The translations under genes and the position numbers were made by a program. Shown here piece by piece: positions 9,777 to 17,248 of a stretch of DNA of 50,253 bases. The stretch spans positions 1 to 50,253 of the forward strand of contig JAYTSD010000030.1 in NCBI GenBank assembly GCA_043745805.1, written 5' to 3'. The first letter of the stretch is position 1. Each line of letters opens with the position of its first letter. The notes below the pieces were generated by a model. It did not search any database and was not told the origin of the DNA. It saw nothing but the letters and a program-made list of their open reading frames with translations. This DNA is from Fibrobacteria bacterium (GTDB taxonomy: Bacteria; Fibrobacterota; Fibrobacteria; UBA11236).

Positions 9777-11123
9777 CTAAAATAAATCTTTGCCTAAGGC
9801 TAGTTTAAGCGCCGCAATAGAGCGAACGCGTTGGTATCGCGCAAATAAAATACCGAATTCGGCATCGCGCAAATTTGTTTCTGCTGTGAGTATGTCATTA
9901 ATTTGTCCTTTGCCTGCGGCAAAGTCTTCAGCTAATAATGCACGTGCATCGGTAGCGGCTTGCAAACCTTCTATAGCAGCACTTAGGGCCGAGTCCGAAG
10001 CATTTTGTTCACTCAAGTCACTGGCAATTTCAATACGTACCATGTTCAATGCTTTACTCTCGGTATATTCTAAGTTACGGGAGTCGGATAAGGTTTGTTT
10101 CGCTCGCGCGGAATTACCGAAACCATCAAATATTTGCCAATTCAAGCCTATTCCAAATTGCCAATCTAAATTGTCTTTGTTAAACAAATCTTTAGTCTTA
10201 TAAGCCAATACGCCATACTTGCCTTGAAAACCTAAGCTCGGCAAATACAACATATTTTGAAATTTGGACGCTTCTCTTAAAAAATCTTTTTGTAAATGCA
10301 AAGCTTTTAAATCTGCACGATTTTTTAAAGCTTCACTCACACCTTGTTCGGCATTAATATCTGTGATGGGTTGCATAGCAAAAGAGGCTGCAGTATCCAT
10401 TTCACTTACTGCATCAATAGGCTGTCCAATCAATCGATTAAAACTCATGCGAGCGGCTTGATAGTCTCTTTCTGCACGAATACGTTGTGGCTCAAGTGCT
10501 TTAGTAGAGGAAACTGCCAGTAAAACTAAGGACCTTTGACCTGCACCCATTTTGAAATTTTGTTGTAAATAATCCACCAATTTTTTTTGTCTTTGCAAAG
10601 AGGCTTCCAAGGTTTCCCAATGAGCCTTTGCTAAAACCACTCCAAAATAAGCGTCCAAAGTTTGTATTTGTAATTCTTGTAATGAACGCGTAAGCGTAGC
10701 CTCTTGAGACTTATCATATATGCCAGCCATCTTAATTGTTTGCCCTAAACGGCCAAAGGAGTAAAGGCTTTGATTAACTTGAGCGCCATAAGTAAAAGAA
10801 TTCATGGTCATATATTTTGAAGGGATTTTTCCATTTGAATCTGGCATACTTGGAATGAACGGCGGAAATGGTGACTGGCTGCGTCCTGCCGAACCATAAC
10901 CTGTTACATTTGGGAAAGCTCCCGACCAAGCTTCTTGCTTACGTGCTTCGGCATTAAGCTTTTTCTCTTGCGACATTTTCGCTTCTTCGCTGTTTGCTAA
11001 AGCTTGTTTCACGGCTTGTGACAAATTCAAAGTTTCCGCAGTAAGTAAAGTCGGTAATAAAACCGCTCCACCGAGGAATAATTTCGAAAGGATTACAGAA
11101 AAAGAAAATCTATGGTTTTGCAT
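9777..11123 (-). CDS. TolC-family outer membrane efflux protein
   Basis: Signal peptide, LNLSQAVKQAL, two OEP-like halves, GLNWQIFDGF; operon context. Confidence 0.92.
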   Translation of the reverse strand: MQNHRFSFSVILSKLFLGGAVLLPTLLTAETLNLSQAVKQALANSEEAKMSQEKKLNAEARKQEAWSGAFPNVTGYGSAGRSQSPFPPFIPSMPDSNGKIPSKYMTMNSFTYGAQVNQSLYSFGRLGQTIKMAGIYDKSQEATLTRSLQELQIQTLDAYFGVVLAKAHWETLEASLQRQKKLVDYLQQNFKMGAGQRSLVLLAVSSTKALEPQRIRAERDYQAARMSFNRLIGQPIDAVSEMDTAASFAMQPITDINAEQGVSEALKNRADLKALHLQKDFLREASKFQNMLYLPSLGFQGKYGVLAYKTKDLFNKDNLDWQFGIGLNWQIFDGFGNSARAKQTLSDSRNLEYTESKALNMVRIEIASDLSEQNASDSALSAAIEGLQAATDARALLAEDFAAGKGQINDILTAETNLRDAEFGILFARYQRVRSIAALKLALGKDLF

Positions 11124-11721
11124 GGTATTTGATCCTGGCTTTATCGGTCAATAGGCCTTGAAAAAGGACTTTAATAATGGTGTCAAAAACGAGTGCCGGC
11201 TGAAAGGGTAACTCGGATAATACATTTGGATTTAGTGTGCTTTGTACCACATTGGTATATATAATTAAAAAAAGTTCCGCATCAATATCTTCTCGAAAGA
11301 TTTTTTTCTTTATTCCCTCACGAATGAGATCACCAAAATAAGTTTTAATACAATGTTTGCGATGTTCTTCCACTTGTTGCCAAATTTGTGGCATGCTGCG
11401 TTTCAAATCGTAAACGAGCGCACTGCTAAATTTACTGTATTCCGAAACCAAATCCGCAATAATATTTTGAAAGCGTTCCAAAACATCTAGTTTGGGATCT
11501 TTGTAAATCAACAGCATACGCTCATCACATGCCAGTAAATAAGCGCTAGCCACGTCTTGTAATAACTCTTCTTTACTCGCAAAGTATTGATAAAGCGTTT
11601 TTTTGCTCATCCCTAATTGGGTGGCGACCTGTTCCATGGTTACTTGACTAAAGCCAAATTGGAAAAACAAAGACCGAGCCGTCTCTAATATGCGTTGTTT
11701 ATTTTCTAGCTCAGGTGTCAT
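11110..11721 (-). CDS. TetR/AcrR family transcriptional regulator
   Basis: RILETARSLF..GF..VTMEQVATQLGMSKKTLYQYFASKEELL HTH. Confidence 0.95.
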   Translation of the reverse strand: MTPELENKQRILETARSLFFQFGFSQVTMEQVATQLGMSKKTLYQYFASKEELLQDVASAYLLACDERMLLIYKDPKLDVLERFQNIIADLVSEYSKFSSALVYDLKRSMPQIWQQVEEHRKHCIKTYFGDLIREGIKKKIFREDIDAELFLIIYTNVVQSTLNPNVLSELPFQPALVFDTIIKVLFQGLLTDKARIKYHAKP

Positions 11722-11740
11722 TAGATTTCACTATTCCCAT

Positions 11741-11872
11741 GGAAACTTAAATAGTTTATCTAGTTTCCGACATATTGTCAAGGTATTAACCTTTTTATTC
11801 ATTTTTTGACCCTAATTTTCAGAATTTATTAAAATTTATGAAACAGAAACTTATTTGGTTTCTAAAGTTTCC
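11741..11872. promoter_or_regulatory. Two putative TetR operator palindromes GAAACT-N14-AGTTTC
   Basis: Copies at 11742-11767 and 11846-11871 with identical half-sites and spacing, upstream of tetR. Confidence 0.65.
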
Positions 11873-11956
11873 CCATACTTTGGCCATAATTTCCCCATTG
11901 CATATCCCAAGAAAACATCCTGTTTCGGGCCATACAAGATTTTGCTGGACAAGCGC

Positions 11957-11995
11957 TTCAATTAATCGTATATTCACGATATAAGATTAATTGAA
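11957..11995. promoter_or_regulatory. Putative ArsR operator (overlapping inverted repeats)
   Basis: Perfect 11-bp IR TTCAATTAATC (11957-11967) / GATTAATTGAA (11985-11995), plus ATCGT-N6-ACGAT (11965-11980), just upstream of arsR. Confidence 0.6.
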
Positions 11996-12012
11996 AAACA
12001 GGCAGTAAATTT

Positions 12013-12348
12013 ATGGCGATAAATAAAAAAAACGATTTTACCGAAGCGGATTTAGTCATGGCCGAATTTGCAAAGGCTCTTTCACATCCCGCACGTATAG
12101 CCATTGTAAGAATTTTGGCCGAAAAAAATACTTGCATTTGCGGAGACTTGGTAGAAGCTTTGCCCTTGGCCCAAAGCACCGTAAGCCAACATTTAAAGGC
12201 ATTAAAAGAGGCTGGTTTAATTCAAGGGGAAATCGATGGGCCGCGCTCATGTTACTGCTTAGACTGGAAAAATTTGCAAAAACTCTGGTCACGCATGCAA
12301 AAGCTTTTTTCACATTTAGATAAAGATCATCAACGTTCATGTTGTTAA
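12013..12348 (+). CDS. arsR: ArsR/SmtB metalloregulator
   Basis: [35 protein letters not shown]-terminal CC; first gene of the ars cluster. Confidence 0.92.
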   Translation: MAINKKNDFTEADLVMAEFAKALSHPARIAIVRILAEKNTCICGDLVEALPLAQSTVSQHLKALKEAGLIQGEIDGPRSCYCLDWKNLQKLWSRMQKLFSHLDKDHQRSCC

Positions 12349-12360
12349 TAAGGAGAAATT

Positions 12361-12492
12361 ATGTCTGTAATCTTGGAAAAATTTAAATCTCTTTGGATTA
12401 GAAAATCTTCAACCTGCTGTTGCACTTCTGATTGTAGTTGTACTAACTGTTGTAAATCAAATTATTGCGATGTGCCATGTGGCTGTAAATAA
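12361..12492 (+). CDS. Small cysteine-rich metallothionein-like peptide, 43 aa (MSVILEKFKSLWIRKSSTCCCTSDCSCTNCCKSNYCDVPCGCK)
   Basis: Translated by hand (below the ORF-track cutoff); AAGGAG RBS at 12350-12355; fills the arsR-aquaporin gap; 10 Cys in the last 25 residues. Confidence 0.75.
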   Translation: MSVILEKFKSLWIRKSSTCCCTSDCSCTNCCKSNYCDVPCGCK

Positions 12493-13156
12493 TTCCTTAA
12501 AAATCTTTATAAGCGAAGCCATTGGCACCGCTTTATTGTTGGCAGGTATTGTCGGTTCCGGTATTATGGGTGATACCCTATCTAACGGTAATGCGGGAAT
12601 TGCTTTGCTAGCAAATTCCTTAGCTACCGGCGCTTTGCTGGTTGTGCTCATTTTACTTTTTGAATCGATATCGGGCGCGCATTTTAATCCGCTCGTTTCC
12701 GCCATGGAAGTTTTTATGGGACAAAAATCTAGGAAACAATTTTGGGTTTACTTATCGGGACAAACGCTCGGTGCTTTTGCAGGGGTTGCCGCAGCGAATA
12801 TTATGTTTGCTAAACCACTATTTTTTGCATCACAACATATTCGCGCCGGTTGGCCGCAATGGTTCAGTGAATGTATCGCCACCTTTGGATTATTCGGCGT
12901 CCTCATGGGATGCAGTCGACGCAAACCACAAGCCATTCCTTATGGGGTGGGAGCTTATATTCTCTCTGCCTATTGGTTTACCTCTTCGACTTCATTTGCG
13001 AACCCCATAGTTACTTTGGCTCGCACCGTCACAGATACCTTTACCGGCATTCGTCCTCAAGATGCACCTTGTTTTATTGTCTCACAAATCATAGGCGCAA
13101 CCTTAGCCATCTTGATTTTTAATTGGTTAATTCCCAAAAAACCAACCGTACCCTAA
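12479..13156 (+). CDS. MIP/aquaporin family channel, AqpS-like (arsenite conduit)
   Basis: GSGIMG, ISGAHFNPLV, AYWFTSSTSFANPIVTLAR, DTFTGIRP; ars context; start is GTG 12479 or ATG 12470. Confidence 0.9.
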   Translation: MAVNNSLKIFISEAIGTALLLAGIVGSGIMGDTLSNGNAGIALLANSLATGALLVVLILLFESISGAHFNPLVSAMEVFMGQKSRKQFWVYLSGQTLGAFAGVAAANIMFAKPLFFASQHIRAGWPQWFSECIATFGLFGVLMGCSRRKPQAIPYGVGAYILSAYWFTSSTSFANPIVTLARTVTDTFTGIRPQDAPCFIVSQIIGATLAILIFNWLIPKKPTVP

Positions 13157-13186
13157 AAGTTACCTTCCATTTTAAAGGATTTATTT

Positions 13187-13573
13187 ATGAAAAAATTACT
13201 TTTCGTTTGTATTGAGAATTCTAATCGCAGTCAAATGGCCGAAGCCTTTGCAAAAATTCATGGTGCCGGCCTTGTGGAAAGCTTTAGTTCGGGTTCTAAG
13301 CCCTCAGGCATTGTTAATCCTAAAGCCATAGCGTCTATGGCTGAACTGAGTTATGACTTAAGCAAGCATGGATCGAAATCTCTTACTGAAATTCCCGATG
13401 TAGAATATGATGCCGTGGTGACTATGGGTTGCGGTGATGCTTGCCCTTTTGTAAAAGCGAAACGCCGTAACGATTGGCAAATCCCCGATCCAAAACATAT
13501 GGAACCCGAGCAGTTTCGCGAAATCAGAAATTTAATTGAAAACAAAGTGAAAGTTTTACTAACAGAAATTTAA
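13187..13573 (+). CDS. arsC: Arsenate reductase, LMW-PTP fold
   Basis: P-loop CIENSNRSQMAE, TMGCGDACP, WQIPDP. Confidence 0.9.
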   Translation: MKKLLFVCIENSNRSQMAEAFAKIHGAGLVESFSSGSKPSGIVNPKAIASMAELSYDLSKHGSKSLTEIPDVEYDAVVTMGCGDACPFVKAKRRNDWQIPDPKHMEPEQFREIRNLIENKVKVLLTEI

Positions 13574-13585
13574 CTTAAAGCGCGA

Positions 13586-14971
13586 TTAACGCGTAATAGT
13601 AAATGATCCATTCGATAAACCACTAATATATTTACCGTCCTTGGTTGTTAGCCTTACCATACAATTACTCGAAATCTGCAATGTAGAATCACTAGGCGAA
13701 AGCACGCTAGGCAAAGTCCAAGAATAATTATTTTCGACTCCAGTCATAGATACGGCGGTGTCAACTAATGCCCAAGTGCTTCCTCCATTGATAGAAAGAT
13801 CGATTCGTACCGAAGTGGCTATATCATACCTCCATCGGATGCTGGATATACTATTGGTAAATAAAGTATCACCAAGCCGAGGACTTATAATATTAATTGT
13901 GCTTACCTGAGGATTTATTACCGCTAATTTTATGGTATCGCTACTACTTAAAATCCCATCTGATACGGTTAATTGGAAAATATAATTACCCTCAGCAGAA
14001 AAGTTTACGCGCGTGTTTAAATTTTCTGGGGTATGAATGATTGCAAAATTTGGCCCGCTAATTTGTGACCATTGTTGTGTAATATTATGTGGCAAAGGAA
14101 GAGTGTCATCGCTTACGAAACCAACTAACATAAAGGTGGAATCCGATTTGTTTACGATTTTATCTATGCCTGCATTTACCTTAGGAGCTTGATTAACACC
14201 GGGTTTTACAACGATTGTGGTTTCAATAGGTGCTCCAGTAGTATCCGTAAGTGAATACGATTTATTGACTTGAGTATCTAAGTATTGTGACAATTTGTAA
14301 ATCTCACCCGTAGGTGATATCACGCGCGCGATATATTTTCCCGTAGGTAATCCATACATAGTAATGGTGTTTCCACTACCTTGTGCCTGATATGGGGTGC
14401 CTTGTATGTAGACATGAATGTTACCTGCTGGAATTTTACTTCGGTCAATAAGTAGTATCACCGATTTTAATGCCTTGGCTTGGATTTTATATTTTCCAAT
14501 TGGATTCCCAATGGAATCTTCAAATTGATTACTATTTTTATTATAGCGTATATGAAAAATTACATTGCCGGAATTTGCATCGCTCGCTAAAACAGCATTA
14601 AAGCGAATAAGGGAATCACCTGCAATGGAAAAAGCTGACTTTTTATTGAGAGTTATTTTTTGTGTTAAGGCCTGTATAGCGGGATTTATATCTGAAGCTG
14701 AAAAATAAACTTTGGCGCTATTAATGGTTATTTGTTTAGCGAGAGGAATTGAATTATTAACTGGATTTAAATTTTCAGCATAGAGACTTACGCTACCCGA
14801 CAAGCGAATATTTAATCCACTTTCATCATGGAAAGTAAAAGCCAATTGAGGATTGTCCACTCCGGAGCTTCCTCCGTCTGCAAGTGGATTTTTGGAGCAA
14901 TTAATAAAAATACCAATGGAAAGTATTACTAGCAGGAATATTAGGCTACATGCCTTTTTCCCCGTAAGCAT
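13586..14971 (-). CDS. Putative lipoprotein with PKD/Ig-like domains
   Basis: Hydrophobic signal ending IFINC; NQAPKVNAG.D..WSQISGP..GNYIFQLTVSDG (PKD-like); IISP..IRW..IDLSINGGSTW (Ig-like). Confidence 0.7.
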   Translation of the reverse strand: MLTGKKACSLIFLLVILSIGIFINCSKNPLADGGSSGVDNPQLAFTFHDESGLNIRLSGSVSLYAENLNPVNNSIPLAKQITINSAKVYFSASDINPAIQALTQKITLNKKSAFSIAGDSLIRFNAVLASDANSGNVIFHIRYNKNSNQFEDSIGNPIGKYKIQAKALKSVILLIDRSKIPAGNIHVYIQGTPYQAQGSGNTITMYGLPTGKYIARVISPTGEIYKLSQYLDTQVNKSYSLTDTTGAPIETTIVVKPGVNQAPKVNAGIDKIVNKSDSTFMLVGFVSDDTLPLPHNITQQWSQISGPNFAIIHTPENLNTRVNFSAEGNYIFQLTVSDGILSSSDTIKLAVINPQVSTINIISPRLGDTLFTNSISSIRWRYDIATSVRIDLSINGGSTWALVDTAVSMTGVENNYSWTLPSVLSPSDSTLQISSNCMVRLTTKDGKYISGLSNGSFTITR

Positions 14972-14972
14972 T

Positions 14973-15815
14973 TTAGTGAGCCTTTGAATTGGGAAATAGC
15001 TGCATATTTAAAGTATAGAGACGATCTTCTTTTTCATCTTTATCAATAATTTCTCGCAACTCTTCTTGGAAAGAACGGATTCGGTCTTTAATGGTTTGAA
15101 ACCCTTTTTCTGAAACAGAAAACATTAAAGCATTGTATTGACGAGAATTTGCGGGCACTTTTTCAAAAACCTCTTGCGACATGTCAATTAGTTCCAAAAT
15201 ATGTTGCTTAGCAGCCATGGCTTGCACATCTTTTTCCGTGGAAATATGCTTATTCGTTACCTTATAACCCGCAGCAGTTTTTTTTATTAAATCCAACTCT
15301 AATAATAATTCAATAGATTCTTCCACCTGAGCCGTGGTAAGGGCGGGAAATATTTTTCCAGCTATCATTTGCGGATGGCGTTGCTTTTCATCAATACAAA
15401 AATAATTTCGCACAGCAGAATAATACCATTTAGAATAAAATTTGTACTGGGTTGCATTCACTATTTGTGCTTTTGAACTACGAAATTTACTTAATGACGC
15501 AAAAAAATGATTCTTTTCCACCATGCCTTTGGCTTGATTAAATTGCACGAGCAATTCAAAATAGGAATACTCTCTTTCATTCAGCTGCATGGCCTTGCCA
15601 AACTTAATTCGCAAATTAGCACTTAAATTTCTTCGGCCTTTCACAATTGCTGGCCAGAGACTAGAACAGGAAACCGGTAAACCGATTTCGCGCGCAAAAT
15701 TTCTTTGCGAAAAATTAATATTAATGGATTTTTGATATTCAAAATAATCACGCATATAATCGCGATAATTTAAATACTGCATGACCTGCGGAGCATTTTT
15801 AAATTTGGCTTCCAT
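14973..15815 (-). CDS. TIGR02147 family protein (HTH-like N-terminus + DUF4423)
   Basis: YLNYRDYMRDYFE..FSQRNFAR, GRRNLS, YFELLVQFNQAK, YSKWYYSAVR, LYTLNMQLFP. Confidence 0.88.
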   Translation of the reverse strand: MEAKFKNAPQVMQYLNYRDYMRDYFEYQKSININFSQRNFAREIGLPVSCSSLWPAIVKGRRNLSANLRIKFGKAMQLNEREYSYFELLVQFNQAKGMVEKNHFFASLSKFRSSKAQIVNATQYKFYSKWYYSAVRNYFCIDEKQRHPQMIAGKIFPALTTAQVEESIELLLELDLIKKTAAGYKVTNKHISTEKDVQAMAAKQHILELIDMSQEVFEKVPANSRQYNALMFSVSEKGFQTIKDRIRSFQEELREIIDKDEKEDRLYTLNMQLFPNSKAH

Positions 15816-16080
15816 GTTTCAAGTATAACACCTAAAGTAAAATTGAAAAGGCACATCCTTTGAAAAGTGAGGACATTTTGGACTATATATTTTTGAGGTT
15901 TTTTTATTTCATCTTCATTTTTTATGATTTTTCTTTGATTTACTTAGTAAAATGATGATTTTTTTCGTTTAACCTAGTTTTTAATGAGGACAAAATATCC
16001 TCGTATTTGTTGTCCCTTGCGCTTTGTTCTGCGCTCACTTGCGAGTATTCTTAAATCAGTAACACTAACTCGGAGGAATT

Positions 16081-17166
16081 ATGCGCAAACCCTTTCTATT
16101 CAACTCTTCATTAATTGGATTAGCCTTGGCGGGCTCTATACTAATTGGATGTCAAAATATTTTAGACAATACTAATGCAAATCAAAATCAAACTAACGCC
16201 ACAACACCTGATAATATCGCCTTACGATTGGTAGAAAAGACCACACCTTCTTGCGTGGAAATGAAAGCTAAACTCACTTTAAATCCCAGCGATACCAGCA
16301 CCCTCAAAACCAAATATTTGTCCCAGTGTATTGAAAACCATACGAGCGACAGTACCCATGTAAAGGATTCTTCAAGCATTACCCGGCCTGATGCCAAAAC
16401 TCAATGCGATTGGATCAAATTTACTATTGATGGTGGTAAAGTAGATTTCAAAAATCAATTTGCTTATTACTGCAAAGATGAATGTTCCAAATGGGAGAAA
16501 GACGGAACAGGAAAAAATGTACGTTATTGTTTAATTAAAGAAATAAAGCTTTCCGACTCCTTACCTAAACCTATTCCTCATGATACCACCATTGTCCCTC
16601 CAAAACCAGATTCCACTAATTTACCCAGTTGCGATTCGCTGCGCATGATGTTGAAACATGCAGGAAATGACTCCACTTATAAAAAAATGTTACTTGCGCA
16701 AATGTCGTTAAAACATTGTATTATCGACACAGTTATTGTTATTCCTCCTCCAGTACCCCATTATACTTGCGATACCTTGAGAATACTTTTGAAAAACGCT
16801 GGAACTAATTCCGAGCTCATTGCTAAACTCAAAGCACAAATGCTTGCCCAACATTGTACCATGGACACGGTTATTGTTACTCCTCCTCCAGTACCGCATT
16901 ATACTTGCGATACCTTGAGAATACTTTTGAAAAATGCTGGAACTAATTCCGAGCTCATTGCTAAACTCAAAGCACAAATGGTCGCCCAACATTGCGTCAT
17001 GGACACAGTTATTGTTACTCCTCCCCCAGCACCACATTATACTTGTGATTCATTAAGAGTGATGCTAAAAAATGCAGGAACAAATACTGAGCTTGTCAAT
17101 AAAATCAAATTGCAAATGAATACACAGCATTGTGTAACGGATACACTTATTGCACCCCAAAAATAA
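16081..17166 (+). CDS. Uncharacterised lipoprotein with four 46-aa Cys-pair repeats
   Basis: GGAGGA RBS, lipobox ILIGC, tandem repeats, downstream terminator. Confidence 0.8.
   Translation: MRKPFLFNSSLIGLALAGSILIGCQNILDNTNANQNQTNATTPDNIALRLVEKTTPSCVEMKAKLTLNPSDTSTLKTKYLSQCIENHTSDSTHVKDSSSITRPDAKTQCDWIKFTIDGGKVDFKNQFAYYCKDECSKWEKDGTGKNVRYCLIKEIKLSDSLPKPIPHDTTIVPPKPDSTNLPSCDSLRMMLKHAGNDSTYKKMLLAQMSLKHCIIDTVIVIPPPVPHYTCDTLRILLKNAGTNSELIAKLKAQMLAQHCTMDTVIVTPPPVPHYTCDTLRILLKNAGTNSELIAKLKAQMVAQHCVMDTVIVTPPPAPHYTCDSLRVMLKNAGTNTELVNKIKLQMNTQHCVTDTLIAPQK
16630..17163 (+). repeat. Intragenic 138-bp tandem repeat, about 4 copies (last one partial)
   Basis: Unit-initial Cys codons at 16630, 16768, 16906 and 17044; copies 2 and 3 nearly identical in DNA. 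Confidence 0.95.
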
Positions 17167-17196
17167 ACATCTTCGTTTACTTTCCCCCGCGCAACC

Positions 17197-17229
17197 GCCC
17201 GATCCATATATGGGTCGGGTTTTTATTTT
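17197..17229 (+). terminator. Rho-independent terminator
   Basis: GCCCGATCCATATATGGGTCGGGT hairpin followed by TTTTATTTT. Confidence 0.8.
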
Positions 17230-17248
17230 CATGAAAGTAAAATATTAA

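Noticed and set aside
5611-10461. Plus-strand ORFs inside the RND, MFP and TolC genes
   Set aside because: Antisense shadows with no RBS or domain evidence
12642-13122. Cys/His-containing alternative-frame ORFs within the aquaporin gene
   Set aside because: Fully nested and without an RBS, unlike the 12361-12492 peptide, which occupies its own gap
16708-17037. Minus-strand 109-aa repetitive ORF
   Set aside because: Mirror of the lipoprotein repeat
16630-17163. Tandem repeat considered as a CRISPR array or DGR template/variable repeat
   Set aside because: In-frame 138-bp coding units with no unique spacers; no cas or reverse transcriptase gene; differences are not confined to adenines
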